A stretch of 64,000 nt of DNA. Source: Botryllus schlosseri. Its lineage: Eukaryota. The notes beneath the pieces were generated by a model. That model was not told where the DNA came from. It saw only the letters and a program-made list of their open reading frames with translations, and made no database searches. The stretch lies in NCBI GenBank assembly GCA_051294905.1, contig CM119375.1, positions 3,658,001 to 3,722,000 of the forward strand, given 5' to 3'. Of the stretch, positions 55,201-64,000 are shown piece by piece (positions within the stretch are counted from its first letter, which is position 1; the number at the start of each line of letters is the position of its first letter). The translations under genes were made by a program, and so were the position numbers.

Positions 55201-58200
55201 GCATGAAAATGATGTCAACATTAGTTTTGAATATTTACACATACTGGCATCATCTCTGTCAGCGTTTTCAATGATGAGAGTGGTCATCGAGTCAGTTGAA
55301 TCAATGATAGCACGGTCCCGTAATCCATTGTCGGTTCTTCCCCAGCTAACAGTAGGAGCGGGTCTTCCAGTGATCGGAGCAGATAGCCTGAAGTACATAA
55401 TCACATGTGTAATAAGCAAGCACAATATACATCTCTGGTAACAACAGTCATCGCGAAAGTATTTCACTACTAATTCAAAAACCTTTGCAATCCTGTTGCA
55501 ATAAAATCACATAAGGCAATAGATCACAGTCAATAATAAATAAGATAAATTCAAAAATTGGTATAGAATAAATCGAGTAAAATTTGTTCCCATTTGTAAT
55601 GTGATAAAACCAGCGAATCGCATTCAAAGATACGTTACCTTATACATCCTCCAGCTCTGACTGTTAAATTCCTCGGTAACTCCGCGTCTGGATGTATTCC
55701 AGGTGCTTCCATCCTATCAACGGGAGATACGACAGACTGACACACAGCAGGTTCGGAAGGACCCACAATATTATGCGCTTTGACACGGAATCGATATTTC
55801 TTCCCGGCAGATAAACCACCGACAGTGTAAGTAGTTGTACGTATATCCGATTTTCCGGCAGCTTGTTTCCATTGAATATCTGAATCGTCTTGAGCAATAG
55901 ATTCATGATTTTCCGCATAATCGATAGAATATCCGAGTATATCAGCTCCTCCGTCATACATCGGTCTGGTCCATGATAAAGTAATTGACGATTTTGTGGT
56001 ATCTGTCACACGAGGCAGTCCCGGCGTTTCTGGCGGGTATATCGGGTCTTTCAACAGCACGTAGCCAGACGTTTCACTGGCTGGGCCGACGCCGGCTTTG
56101 TTTTCGGCGTAAACGCGGAATTCTTGCTCCGAGTTTTCTTTCAAATTCGTTGCTCTCAAGCGATTGTCAGACACCAATTTCTTGGTGACACGGAGCCACC
56201 TGGTTGATGTCTTTTCTCTCCTTTCCACAATGTATCCTGAAGCATAGGAAAATAACCCTTGAAGGAAGGAGAGATTCTTTATTTCAATCTTGCCGAAATA
56301 CATAACAAACATACAGCATCAATGATGATACAGAATAAAAGCGTGTACACAGTGTTTGGTGTCAGATAAGAAAATCGATACTACCTAAGAGGTCAACTAG
56401 TCTAGTAACACATGTATCAAAAAAGTGTACTGACTTCTGCATAACAGTCGAATAAAATAAAAAAAAATAGGCAACAATTGCAAAACTATAAAATACGAAG
56501 CAATATCAGGGCTGAATAGGGTAACACTGTTAATATGACGATAGGAGGAGATCAAGTATATCTCCATCAAATCAATCATATGATAATTCACGGATTTGTT
56601 GTGGTGGGGAATTACAAACGATAGGTCCTGAGTAGTCAATAGATTCTAGTTATGTTACTATTACGTGGGGGTAAGTAGATTGCACTCTTTGTATTACGAG
56701 ACTGAACATAATTAACAGGTATGAAAAAGTTAGATAAGTTTAAAAACAAGGACTTTAAATTTTGTTTGAAAATCATAAACATAAACTACAAAAAAATTTA
56801 ATCAAACCTGATATTTCAGCGCCGCCGTCAGAATCTGGACGTTCCCACGTCAAAGAGCAGCTGGTGCCCATGATATTATCGATGGAAGGAGCCCCGGGTG
56901 CAGTGGGCACGCTGTAAGGATCAACGGCCCTGGTAGGCTCAGATTCAGCAGGATCGCCGAGACCGATGTTATTTTCCGCGCGGACTCGGAAGATATATTC
57001 ATTTCCACGTAGAAGTCCAGTCACCTATTGTACAAGACATACAAAATGCATAGATTTAACGTATTGAGTATCGGGAGCTAATATCACTGAAGTAAAATGG
57101 TTTGTTGTCAGCAATTCCATAGTCACTCGAAACAATATCTATTCACTAATAGCTTTTCGACTGACTATCATCGGTAGCGAACGTCAGAAACATGGTGAAT
57201 CAAATTGAAAATGTAAAAAAATATTTTGAAGAGGTACAGAACTTCAATATAAACTTGAATAGTATATTCATATTGAAATAAACCTAAACATTTCCAGCTC
57301 ATTCTCTTCAGGGGTTATCGTCAGCAACTAATGAAGAAGGGGAAGATAATGTGTTACTGTAGTTAAGGTACACAATAAACTTTACCGATGGCACATTTGG
57401 TTATAAATAGCAATTAACAACAATGCACATTAGTAAATAATATAACACTTTTCGTTATTTCCACATACCACAGACAAAATATTTTGTACAATTTGATACA
57501 TTGTATGACTCACATTCGCAAATGATGAGAACCAGTCGATCAGCTTTACCGGATAATCTCCAATATGAAGATAATCCTTCATCAAATTTTGAGGCACTGT
57601 ACCCCCATTAGGTTATTTAATTCTAAAGTCCGCAAACGTTACATCGGAGAGTCAATTTAGAAAGTCAAACCTTGTGATGGTTTGTTTCCAGTGATTCCGC
57701 ACATTTCGTCCAAGTCAGTCTTGACGTTTCTCTCTTCTCGATTGTGTAACCGTGGATTCTATCACCGCCATCCAGTTTAGGCGGCTGCCAAGATAGCATA
57801 CACTTCTCAGACGTGACGCCCGACACTGCTATTTGTCTGCAAGGGCCTGGGGTGTCCAAGACACGGACTGTGACTGCGATGGATCTTTCTCCGGCTGCGT
57901 TTTTCACGCGTATCGTGTAAATACCGCTGTCCTCTCTTGTGCTGCTCTTTTTAGTGAGTGTAGTTTCCCAGTCACGAATCTGCAAAACATACAATACCTC
58001 ACTAAGTTTTGCAAGTTACTAATTGTAATTAGGTAGAGACATTCATGGATAATGAAACTGAAAATATCACAAAAATTGACACTACAAGCAACATGATTTG
58101 TAATGATCGATTTCTTGTTAACATTTCACAAACTGCTTAAAAATATACATATATATATCAAGTGTGTGTGTGTGTAATTTACGGGTCGTAAAAACTACTT

Positions 58201-61200
58201 CAAGTGAAAGTATTATGGTCTATAGTTAAAGTCCTATAGTAATTAGTCTCAAAAATTAGATTTGAAAGAGCGGCCCGTAAGCATTTAACAGTTGATCGGG
58301 GGTGACTGCTTTTTTATAGCAAGGTGCATCTTCGCGATTACCGCAAAATGGTTAATGTCGCCGCTACATAAGTACAATTTTTCAAATATAATATCTTTTA
58401 CAATGGTACAGCTGCCATTTCGCCATGTTGGTATGACAATTTCTCACGGGGGATACAAACACATGCCAAAACTTATGTCCAAGTACATTGTCACTGACCC
58501 CCTCTCGTCTTAGCTAAGATATCATGCAACATCAAATCACAAACATTCAAATCATCACATACACCAATGCTAAGATCGGCTCTCGATGTCAATTCTTTAT
58601 TATCCTTCAACCAAGTGACGGAAGGCGTCGGTTTTCCGCTCGTGTATCCTTTGATGCTGAAAGCTTCTCCGGCTTTCACGGTCACCGTGTCTCTGTACTG
58701 TGCGTCGACATCGACCTTTGCGGGTTCGATTTCGTCGCGCGCGAGCACGGGACCTAAGGTCGCGGAGGGTTCGCTGGTAGAGCCGGCCGCATTCACGGCG
58801 GACACTCGGAATTCGTATTTTTCCCCTTCGACTATTCCGTCGATTTCGAAATGAGTATCGATGACCTGTGAATATACATGAGCTTTGTCGATTTTTGTAT
58901 TGACTTGTCTTTGTGCATGACTCAAACGAAGTCATATGACTCAAGACCAGGACGGCTAAGACCGACATTTCTTCGTAATTTCAAAGAAGAATAAAGTCAC
59001 CACATTAATATTGGTATTTCGTCCATCAGTCTTGATACTTGGAAAATACTAGCAGACTTGAACTCGCAATTGACGTGGTGGTGAATTGAAAATTACTCAA
59101 CTTGACTCGAATCAAATCGATAAAAGTGAGATTGACTTGTGACTAAGATCCTTGCGACTTGGTTACAACCCTGGTTCCTTGTTCAAAATAGTAAAAAATT
59201 TGAAATTTTCAAAGGAAATTCAAATATAATGCTAAACAATAAATCAAAATTGGCTTTCTAGATCAGTGGTTGCGTGATTTTATAAATTTTTCCTGGTGGA
59301 CATTTTGCAAATTATATGACACACTGCCGCCCTATAAAAATCGACGAATGATAGAGGAAGCACGCAAAAATCAAAAAAACAACATGGAATATCACGGCAC
59401 TAAAGCAGGAATTTTCTGCCTTGCATAGTCAGATTGACGAAGTTTACAGATTCAAAAATGTTATCCGAGATTGCAAGAAGCATCAAAATACTATTGCAGT
59501 TTATCGCAATAGTGCAGCTATAATGTGTAAACCATTTGCCAACAAGGCTAATAATGAAGAAAGCACTATGGTATCCAACAAAGCTTTATTATCGTTTCAC
59601 AATCATTGGAAAAATTCTTATTGCGGACCCTATTAAACCGTTGTTTGGAACCAAGTTTGGGTATCGTTATTCTGGATCACCCTGCACCTCGAGGTTCCTC
59701 ATATTTTGTAGAGCACACCTGCTCTAGCTCATTCGCAACTACTCAATTCCTTGCATACCTTGCTAAAATTACATTTCATCCATCTTCCATCGGGGTAATC
59801 ACGTTTTTCGATGATATATCCAGTGATACGGCTACCACCATCATATTCAGGCTTCAACCACTGTATTTCTACACTGGTTCGGTTAACCCGCAATGTCTCA
59901 ACATTACGCGGTGGATCGATAGCGTCTCTCGCAAAGACAACGTCAGATATACGGCTGTATTTTCCAATCCCTAGAGTAAACGTGTCGTTAAATATCAAAG
60001 TGAACTGTGAGCATTAAGGTCATCAACAGCACCTGCTAGGTTCTCAGCTGACACGCGGAATTCGTAGGAAAGCCCTTGAGAGATTCCGGTGTATTTGAAC
60101 GTTGTGTCTCGGATGGGATAACTGTTGACTTTCGACCATAAGATAGAGTTTTTGTCTTTGCTCTCGACGTGATATCTAAATATTATCAATTCAAGACTTT
60201 AAACTGGGTCAGACTGAAAAGAATTGCAAAGTCTATCAAGTAAAAAGAATGCACTATGTTATCTTATCAAAACGAGCAGGAAATTGAAAAGTCTCTGGAA
60301 GATGCAGAACTTCAATATATGGAAAAGCATGGATTATGCTAATCTAATCAAAACAAGAAAGAAATTAAAATATAGCGAACCAAGATGCCTATTTAGATTC
60401 TATTCAAATCGTGCATTTTTCTGCACCGAAAATGGTTTATCATTTATATTTTCGACCCCATTCTGTTAATAAATTTTACCAATTTGCTACAACGAATATC
60501 TTTTTCATTTTGAGTTACAATCGGTATATTTAATTAGTTCAACTAGTTGCTGACGATTACCCCTGATGAGTATCGGCCGAAAATATTCATTTTTATTTCA
60601 ATATCATTATACTATTCAATTGTATATTGAAGTTCTGTGACTTCAAGTGTCTCTTACAAGTTATGTAACAAAAGGAATAAACTCACCCAATAATCGGTGA
60701 TCCACCGTCTTTGACTGGCTCTTGCCATTTTATAGTAATCGCGTCTTTCGATACACTGATAGCTGTCGGCGTCCCAGGTTCGCTGGGTACTCCGAAAGGA
60801 TGGTCAGCGATGACGGGTACCGATTCCAAGGCGTCGGAAACACCAAATTTATTAACGGCACGGACTCGGAATATATATTCCTGCCCAGTTGTGAGCCTTG
60901 TTATTTTTTGAGAAAGTCTCACGACAAAGCTAGACACTTCGATCCATCCTAGATTAGCGTCGAGTTTGTCTACGATGTAATGCGTGATTGAGCTTCCTCC
61001 GTCTTGCTCTGGTGGCGACCATGATATCGTAATGGATTCGGCGTTTATTTCGTTGAATTTGAAAGGACCAACAGGTGGTGACGGTTTATCCAAGGTCACT
61101 ATTTTTAGAGTGGCGTTTTTAGAGCCTGCCGCGTTGGTTACGTTGAGTTCGTAACTTCCGCTGTCTTCTTTCGTGAGATTTGTGATGTGTAATTTAGCAT

Positions 61201-63667
61201 TTGAGCCTGCAGATAACAAAAGAAATACATTGAATTTGTTCATTCATTTATAATGTTATCGATTCAAAACACCATAAGAATGCGATAAAATGAAAGATAG
61301 GAATATGTCGACATAAGTTAGATTATGACAATCGAACAATCGCCTTAGCCTAGAACAGGGAACTCAGAACGGGTCACGGGTCAAATTTTGTAGATGATGC
61401 GGGCCGCAAGAATGCAATATCGAGATAAAAAAGGCTACACAGTTGAGCAACCACGTTTTAAACATTACGCGCTCTCTAACATGGGCGATACGCATAGTTA
61501 CCACCAAAGAAGTAATATTTTATTGAAGAAGTGCATATACAACAAGGAATAGGATGCTATACACAAGAGGCAATAAAATATGAAAGTAAACGATATGTAT
61601 ACAAGACAGCGTACTCAATGGTAGAGCAGAAGGAACACTACAGAAGTTGCAAAACCCGTTTGAATAAAACGCGTTTGAAACATATCTTGAGTCTGATAGA
61701 AACTGGAAGATTGTTCCACAGAATGGTAGCCGAAGAAGAAAAATCATTCTCGCCGTTGGTTGCTGTTTTAACTCTTAGAACTGACAAGAGTTTCTGAGAC
61801 TAAGAATGTGACGTCCTTCTGGGATTGTAAATTGTCACTAGCTGAACAAGATACGCTGGTGCACAGCCCTCCTTGCATTTAAAAATATGCAGAAAAAGCA
61901 AGATTCAGACCTATAGTTTATGGGAAGTCAATGAAGGGATCTAAGAATCGGTTTTACGTGATCCCATTTCCTTGACCGAGTTACCATATAAACATATAAA
62001 AAGGTCATAAAAAGGTATCTATGGTGTGCTGTGCATGTTCAAAATATTGTCGGTATGCAACATGCCTCCGTACAAATCGAGATACTACATGACATAACAT
62101 ACACTAAGAAAGAAAGGTTGAATGCTACACGAGTATAATCCCACTGGGACTTCAGAGATACTCACACCGTGGAACAAACATGAGAAAACGAAATCACACA
62201 CCTGATATCACCGAGTTGATCCTAGTTGTCTGCTTCAGCGTCTCTCCTTTCCTGTAGAACATCGCCGTAGGCTGTGGTTTCCCAGTGAAAGGGATAACAA
62301 CATCCACATTGGTGCCGACCTAAATTAACAGAGGAAGTTGCAGTTAAGTTATTGAGTCAGGACTAAAAATAGACGCTGCAGATGACAGCTGGCAGGAGGC
62401 CTCCTGATCGCAAGCAGGATTATACACTCGCCTTTTGAGAGATGGTATCATTGAAAAACTGGCTCATGTCAATGGAGGGAGAGATAAGCACTTCACGGAT
62501 TGTGACAGCTCCGGATTCTCGAGCGTCTGATATTCCTGACTCATTCTGCAAAGGAAAATGAAATTTGTTCATAAAGCAATTTCCAAATAGGTTTCGAAAT
62601 CACTAGCAAAATAAGAGGAGATAGATAGATTCATTTCCACAAGCCACAAGTTCAGGCAAGTGCCGAAATTTGTGATGCAAAACAATGTTTGATTGGTATT
62701 GACTGGTACTGGTGATGTAATTATAACCATCTTTGTGTCAACAGAACCCAAAGTTCTTCATTTTTCGAACATTATAATATAGTCATAAAGTGATATATGA
62801 TAGTCATAGAATTAAATTTTTGTATGAAGAGAGAAGTAAAATATTTTATAGCAAGATAATATACAATTGAACAGCATATTCATAATGAAATGAACCCGAA
62901 TATTTTCGGCTGGCCCTCGTCATGGGTAATCGTGAGCAACTAGTAGAGAATTGGAAAGGTCATTGCATATCAACTATCGTATCCCGAGATATGATGAATT
63001 TTCATGCCGGTGACGTCATATTTTGTGATACGATTGTTGATATACAATGTTCTTTCAAATTCTTTACTAGTTGCTGACGATTACCCCTGACAAGTGTCCG
63101 CTGGATATATTCGCGTACATTTCAATATGAATATACTATTCAATTGCATATTGAAGTTCTTTACCTCCAAGAAGGTCTTCAAGAAAGATAATAATAAAAC
63201 CGATCTAAATTAGATTATTAGATTATTAGAGATAATGTATCATATGAATTTGCAAAAATACAAATCTTAGAACAGCAATGGTAAATATAATGACAAAGGA
63301 TACACATTTACAAATACTTTCTTGTCTTTATGAACGCTTGAGAAATGGGAAGACATATCGAACCTGTGCTCTGACACGGAAAAGATATTCTTTATTCGTA
63401 ATAAGTCCGTCTATCACTTGTCGTAGGTTCTTTGTCGTTGCGGCCACAGTCCACGATGATCTATTTTCTTTCAATGCATATTCGATGACATATCCGGTTA
63501 TTGGAGTGCCTCCGTCATGCTCTGGTCGTGACCATTCCACTGCGCACGACGTGTCCAGGATGTCGGTAATTTCAAGTTGTCCTGGAGTACTGGGCGCTTC
63601 CGATATTTTAACGGCTTGCTTCGTTTCGCAAGGTACACCCATGCCATGTTCGTTTTCCGCTGTCACT
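160..63667 (-). CDS. TTN: Titin (connectin), A-band C-zone; 96 exons in window, gene extends beyond both ends
   Basis: Continuous spliced frame of titin-type Fn3 (PGPP...W.PP..DGG..I..Y.VEKRE...W...Y.FRV.AEN..G) and I-set Ig (PP....D....VKAG....G.P.P.V.W.K...DSG.Y) domains in 11-domain order, unlike the Fn-Fn-Ig pattern of twitchin/projectin. 93 GT-AG and 2 GC-AG introns, with phases consistent at all junctions. Confidence 0.95.
2385..2700. mobile_element. GACTC-family MITE, partial copy
   Basis: Starts CAGGGTTGTAATGACTCG and follows the 25636 copy for about 300 bp; other end missing. Confidence 0.8.
6767..7121 (-). other. GC-AG intron
   Basis: Donor TCAG|GCAAGT. It is the only nearby donor giving the in-frame join LMVFVSG-RPSP; the alternative GT donors give a stop or wrong phase. 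Confidence 0.85.
7208..15322 (-). CDS. TTN: Titin super-repeat f (complete; putative C10)
   Basis: Exons 15043-15346 (part), 13899-14492, 13216-13356, 12565-12711, 12319-12506, 12147-12259, 11427-11621, 11162-11366, 10386-10585, 10209-10318, 9631-9811, 9271-9570, 9055-9205, 8153-8467, 7452-7575, part of 7122-7245. Confidence 0.85.
9850..10100. repeat. Dispersed repeat family B (unclassified)
   Basis: GCAAGATTG(C/T)GAT...AATGAAAAGATAGGA.GGTGTCGAAAC shared with 50300-50520 and 61270-61320, and inverted at about 3740-3775. Confidence 0.6.
13610..13760. repeat. Dispersed AT-rich repeat family C (unclassified)
   Basis: TGGTCTCATTATACA...TATAAATAT..ATATGTTGTAAA shared with about 21070-21250. Confidence 0.5.
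15323..23520 (-). CDS. TTN: Titin super-repeat e (complete; putative C9)
   Basis: Exons 23400-23549 (part), 23175-23339, 22463-22647, 22300-22402, 21355-21789, 20816-20962, 20209-20506, 19837-20041, 19197-19413, 18911-19087, 18696-18847, 17947-18237, 17290-17539, 16837-17034, 16431-16568, 15615-15772, part of 15043-15346. Confidence 0.85.
22735..23042 (+). mobile_element. Probable tRNA-derived SINE
   Basis: B-box-like GGGATCAATCCC, then CCGGGTCAGACCGAAGAC...GCTTGGCGCTCAGCATTA, and A-rich tail AAAAACAACAAAGAAAAAA at about 23022-23042. Confidence 0.6.
23521..32799 (-). CDS. TTN: Titin super-repeat d (complete; putative C8)
   Basis: Exons 32732-32901 (part), 31730-31973, 31475-31665, 29694-29880, 29161-29415, 28969-29103, 28642-28823, 28383-28578, 28162-28319, 27451-27779, 27013-27123, 26664-26951, 26452-26599, 25335-25486, 25095-25275, 23963-24084, 23608-23904, part of 23400-23549. 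Confidence 0.85.
24411..24607. repeat. Perfect inverted repeat (96-bp arms, 5-nt loop), foldback family A
   Basis: Arm 24411-24506 is the exact reverse complement of 24512-24607. Confidence 0.95.
25636..26187. mobile_element. hAT-type MITE, GACTC-repeat family, full-length copy (552 bp)
   Basis: TIR CAGGGTTGTAA / TTACGACCCTG (1 mismatch), perfect 8-bp TSD TTGTAATG (25628-25635, 26188-26195), dense GACTCGA/TCGAGTC subterminal motifs. Confidence 0.9.
30036..31422 (+). mobile_element. Non-autonomous hAT transposon (1387 bp) with transposase C-terminal remnant
   Basis: Perfect 17-bp TIR CAGACTTGTACAAACTA, perfect 8-bp TSD CCAGGCTT (30028-30035, 31423-31430), subterminal (TAGTTC)n arrays. Lies in titin intron 29881-31474. 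Confidence 0.93.
30588..31051 (+). pseudogene. hAT transposase C-terminal dimerisation domain (hATC) fragment, frameshifted
   Basis: ORF ...[43 protein letters not shown] matches the hATC W...P.L..LA...L....TS...ER.FS motif. After a one-base shift at the C run 30967-30970 the frame continues [19 protein letters not shown]. No catalytic core present. Confidence 0.85.
32800..47545 (-). CDS. TTN: Titin super-repeat c (complete; putative C7), includes the 6.5-kb intron
   Basis: Exons 47413-47575 (part), 47186-47335, 45669-46069, 45043-45179, 44836-44976, 44489-44662, 44220-44428, 37375-37689, 36066-36721, 34912-35128, 34708-34848, 34436-34569, 33439-33790, part of 32732-32901. Confidence 0.85.
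33055..33229. mobile_element. Short Charlie-like MITE (175 bp)
   Basis: Ends CAGAGATTTTCAACCT ... AGGTTGGGAACCCCTG, flanked by degenerate nnnTAGAG 8-mers. Confidence 0.6.
35165..35600. mobile_element. GACTC-family MITE, inverted degraded copy
   Basis: Reverse complement of the 25636 copy, ending TACAACCCGG. Confidence 0.8.
38298..38470. repeat. Charlie-like terminus followed by GTGCGAA(T/C)-rich tandem repeat (about 50-bp unit, 2-3 copies)
   Basis: CAGTGCTTTTCAACCT start; repeated GTGCGAATGACGAAGGTGGTGCGAACGGTGCGAATGAAAATCCCGG. Confidence 0.6.
38833..39010 (+). mobile_element. Possible tRNA-derived SINE (different family)
   Basis: A-box TAGCACAGTGG, CTGCAAC anticodon-like loop without a proper stem, weak B-box, A-rich end GGAAAATAAGAAGAAT. 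Confidence 0.4.
40238..40915. mobile_element. hAT/Charlie-like MITE (678 bp)
   Basis: Ends CAGGGGTCGCCAAC ... GTTGGTGATCCCTG, TSD CTTTAGGA/CTTTAAGA (1 mismatch), GCGGGCCGC subterminal motifs. A related 5' fragment lies at about 61356-61540. Confidence 0.8.
41530..43620. repeat. Diverged tandem duplication of about 390 bp, second copy split by the 42137-43466 element
   Basis: 41530-41900 aligns loosely with 41915-42136 joined to 43467-43620 (e.g. GAAGAGAATTC...GCAG.CTACC; TAGATTGT.TCTGTG). Confidence 0.6.
42137..43466. mobile_element. Non-autonomous hAT-like element (1330 bp)
   Basis: TIR CAGTGGCGTATCCAG vs CAGGCGCGTATCCAG (13/15), perfect 8-bp TSD GATGTATA (42129-42136, 43467-43474), CpG-rich interior, no recognisable ORF. 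Confidence 0.85.
46075..47205. repeat. Diverged tandem array of about 110-bp units filling intron 46070-47185
   Basis: Recurrent ATAAAATACCCATATGGG(T/C)AAG(C)TGA at about 46110, 46240, 46690, 46800, 46915 and 47145, interrupted by unrelated sequence at about 46320-46620. Confidence 0.75.
47546..55706 (-). CDS. TTN: Titin super-repeat b (complete; putative C6)
   Basis: Exons 55639-56236 (part), 55245-55387, 54893-55184, 54632-54831, 54267-54514, 53980-54115, 53532-53914, 52978-53163, 52457-52667, 51734-51912, 50790-51070, 49376-50037, 48293-48653, part of 47413-47575. Confidence 0.85.
52715..52900. mobile_element. GACTC-family MITE fragment (inverted)
   Basis: CAGGGGTGGTAACCAAGTCACAAG end plus GACTCGAGTCAAGTCATTTTCAAT motifs. 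Confidence 0.7.
55707..63667 (-). CDS. TTN: Titin super-repeat a (partial; putative C5): Fn tail-Fn-Ig-Fn3x-Ig-Fn3x
   Basis: Exons 63364-63667, 62432-62545, 62202-62319, 60687-61206, 60033-60175, 59759-59970, 58563-58865, 57671-57979, 56808-57024, part of 55639-56236. The C-number is counted back from the C11-like end and is an inference. Confidence 0.85.
58915..59173. mobile_element. GACTC-family MITE fragment
   Basis: Matches the 3' part of the 25636 copy and ends CTTGGTTACAACCCTG. Confidence 0.75.
62320..62431 (-). other. GC-AG intron (112 nt)
   Basis: Donor AAG|GCGAGT, phase-0 join TISQK-VGTNVDV. Read-through hits TAA, and the nearby GT is out of phase. Confidence 0.8.
62860..63180. mobile_element. 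Foldback/MITE family A, most complete copy
   Basis: About 135-bp imperfect arms (core CTACTAGTTGCTGACGATTACCCCTGACGAGTGTCAGCCGAAAATATTCGGGTTCATTTCAATATG) around a short core. Solo or partial arms at about 4040-4170, 6870-7030, 8782-8870, 13765-13880, 15405-15540, 17105-17210, 18410-18660 (two), 27830-27910, 33255-33320, 45450-45630, 48135-48235, 54553-54585, 57230-57345, 60300-60320, 60535-60655. No TSD determined. Confidence 0.8.
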
Positions 63668-64000
63668 CTAAATAACAAAGGTGGGTGAATTTCAAATGCA
63701 GCTTACACATTTGAATCATGTGCTAGTGCATATCGTACATAGACCATACTAATAAATATATATCATCTATCATATATCATGCGGTAGTGCAGACCGTGTC
63801 TCGTACATTTGGTACATGACTTTAATAATATATAAAATGCAGAATATAACATTATATCATCCCTACACTAGGGTGCTGTACACAAGGGTTATACAAAGGG
63901 CTGTACAAGGGTAATAGTATATCGTACATATAACATATATATCATATATCATGCGTTAATCGATATCGCGTCTCATACATATCGCACATGATTTTAATAT

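Noticed and set aside
24411-63180. Recurrent ~40-60 bp conserved motif could suggest CRISPR repeats or a ncRNA cluster
   Set aside because: Irregular kilobase spacing, both orientations, variable truncation and foldback structure in a eukaryotic gene fit a MITE family.
160-63667. Fragmented ORF track suggesting a pseudogene or many small Fn3/Ig genes
   Set aside because: All fragments join through canonical or GC-AG splice sites in compatible phases into one frame.
758-63688. Many plus-strand ORFs of 60-140 aa overlapping titin exons
   Set aside because: Antisense shadows of titin codons with no recognisable domains. Only the hATC ORF at 30588 is meaningful.
63720-64000. AT-rich direct repeat at the window edge; similar (ATATC)n tract at 54125-54245
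   Set aside because: Low-complexity intronic sequence with no further structure visible; the first is truncated by the window.

Overview
Eukaryotic, AT-rich genomic DNA. The whole window lies inside one minus-strand gene, titin/connectin (TTN), A-band C-zone. I traced 96 exons by hand (63667 down to 160, about 21 kb of CDS) with compatible phases at every junction. They encode about 74 Ig/Fn3 domains in the 11-domain super-repeat Ig-Fn-Fn-Ig-Fn-Fn-Fn-Ig-Fn-Fn-Fn: five complete repeats and two partial ones. The last repeat resembles vertebrate C-zone repeat 11 (recalled, not searched). Intron density, a 57-71 nt intron class and MITE-rich introns suggest an invertebrate chordate such as an ascidian (inference). 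Introns carry several hAT elements with 8-bp TSDs, an abundant foldback family, two probable tRNA-derived SINEs and a tandem array that overlaps a splice donor. The strongest unexplained signal is a sharp switch in intron architecture near 27.0 kb: 0 of 45 upstream introns but 20 of 50 downstream introns are phase-1 introns at domain boundaries. This could be the imprint of an ancestral giant exon later broken up by new introns. No prokaryotic-type system, CRISPR array, rRNA or intact tRNA was seen. Coordinates were read by eye and may be off by a few bases.
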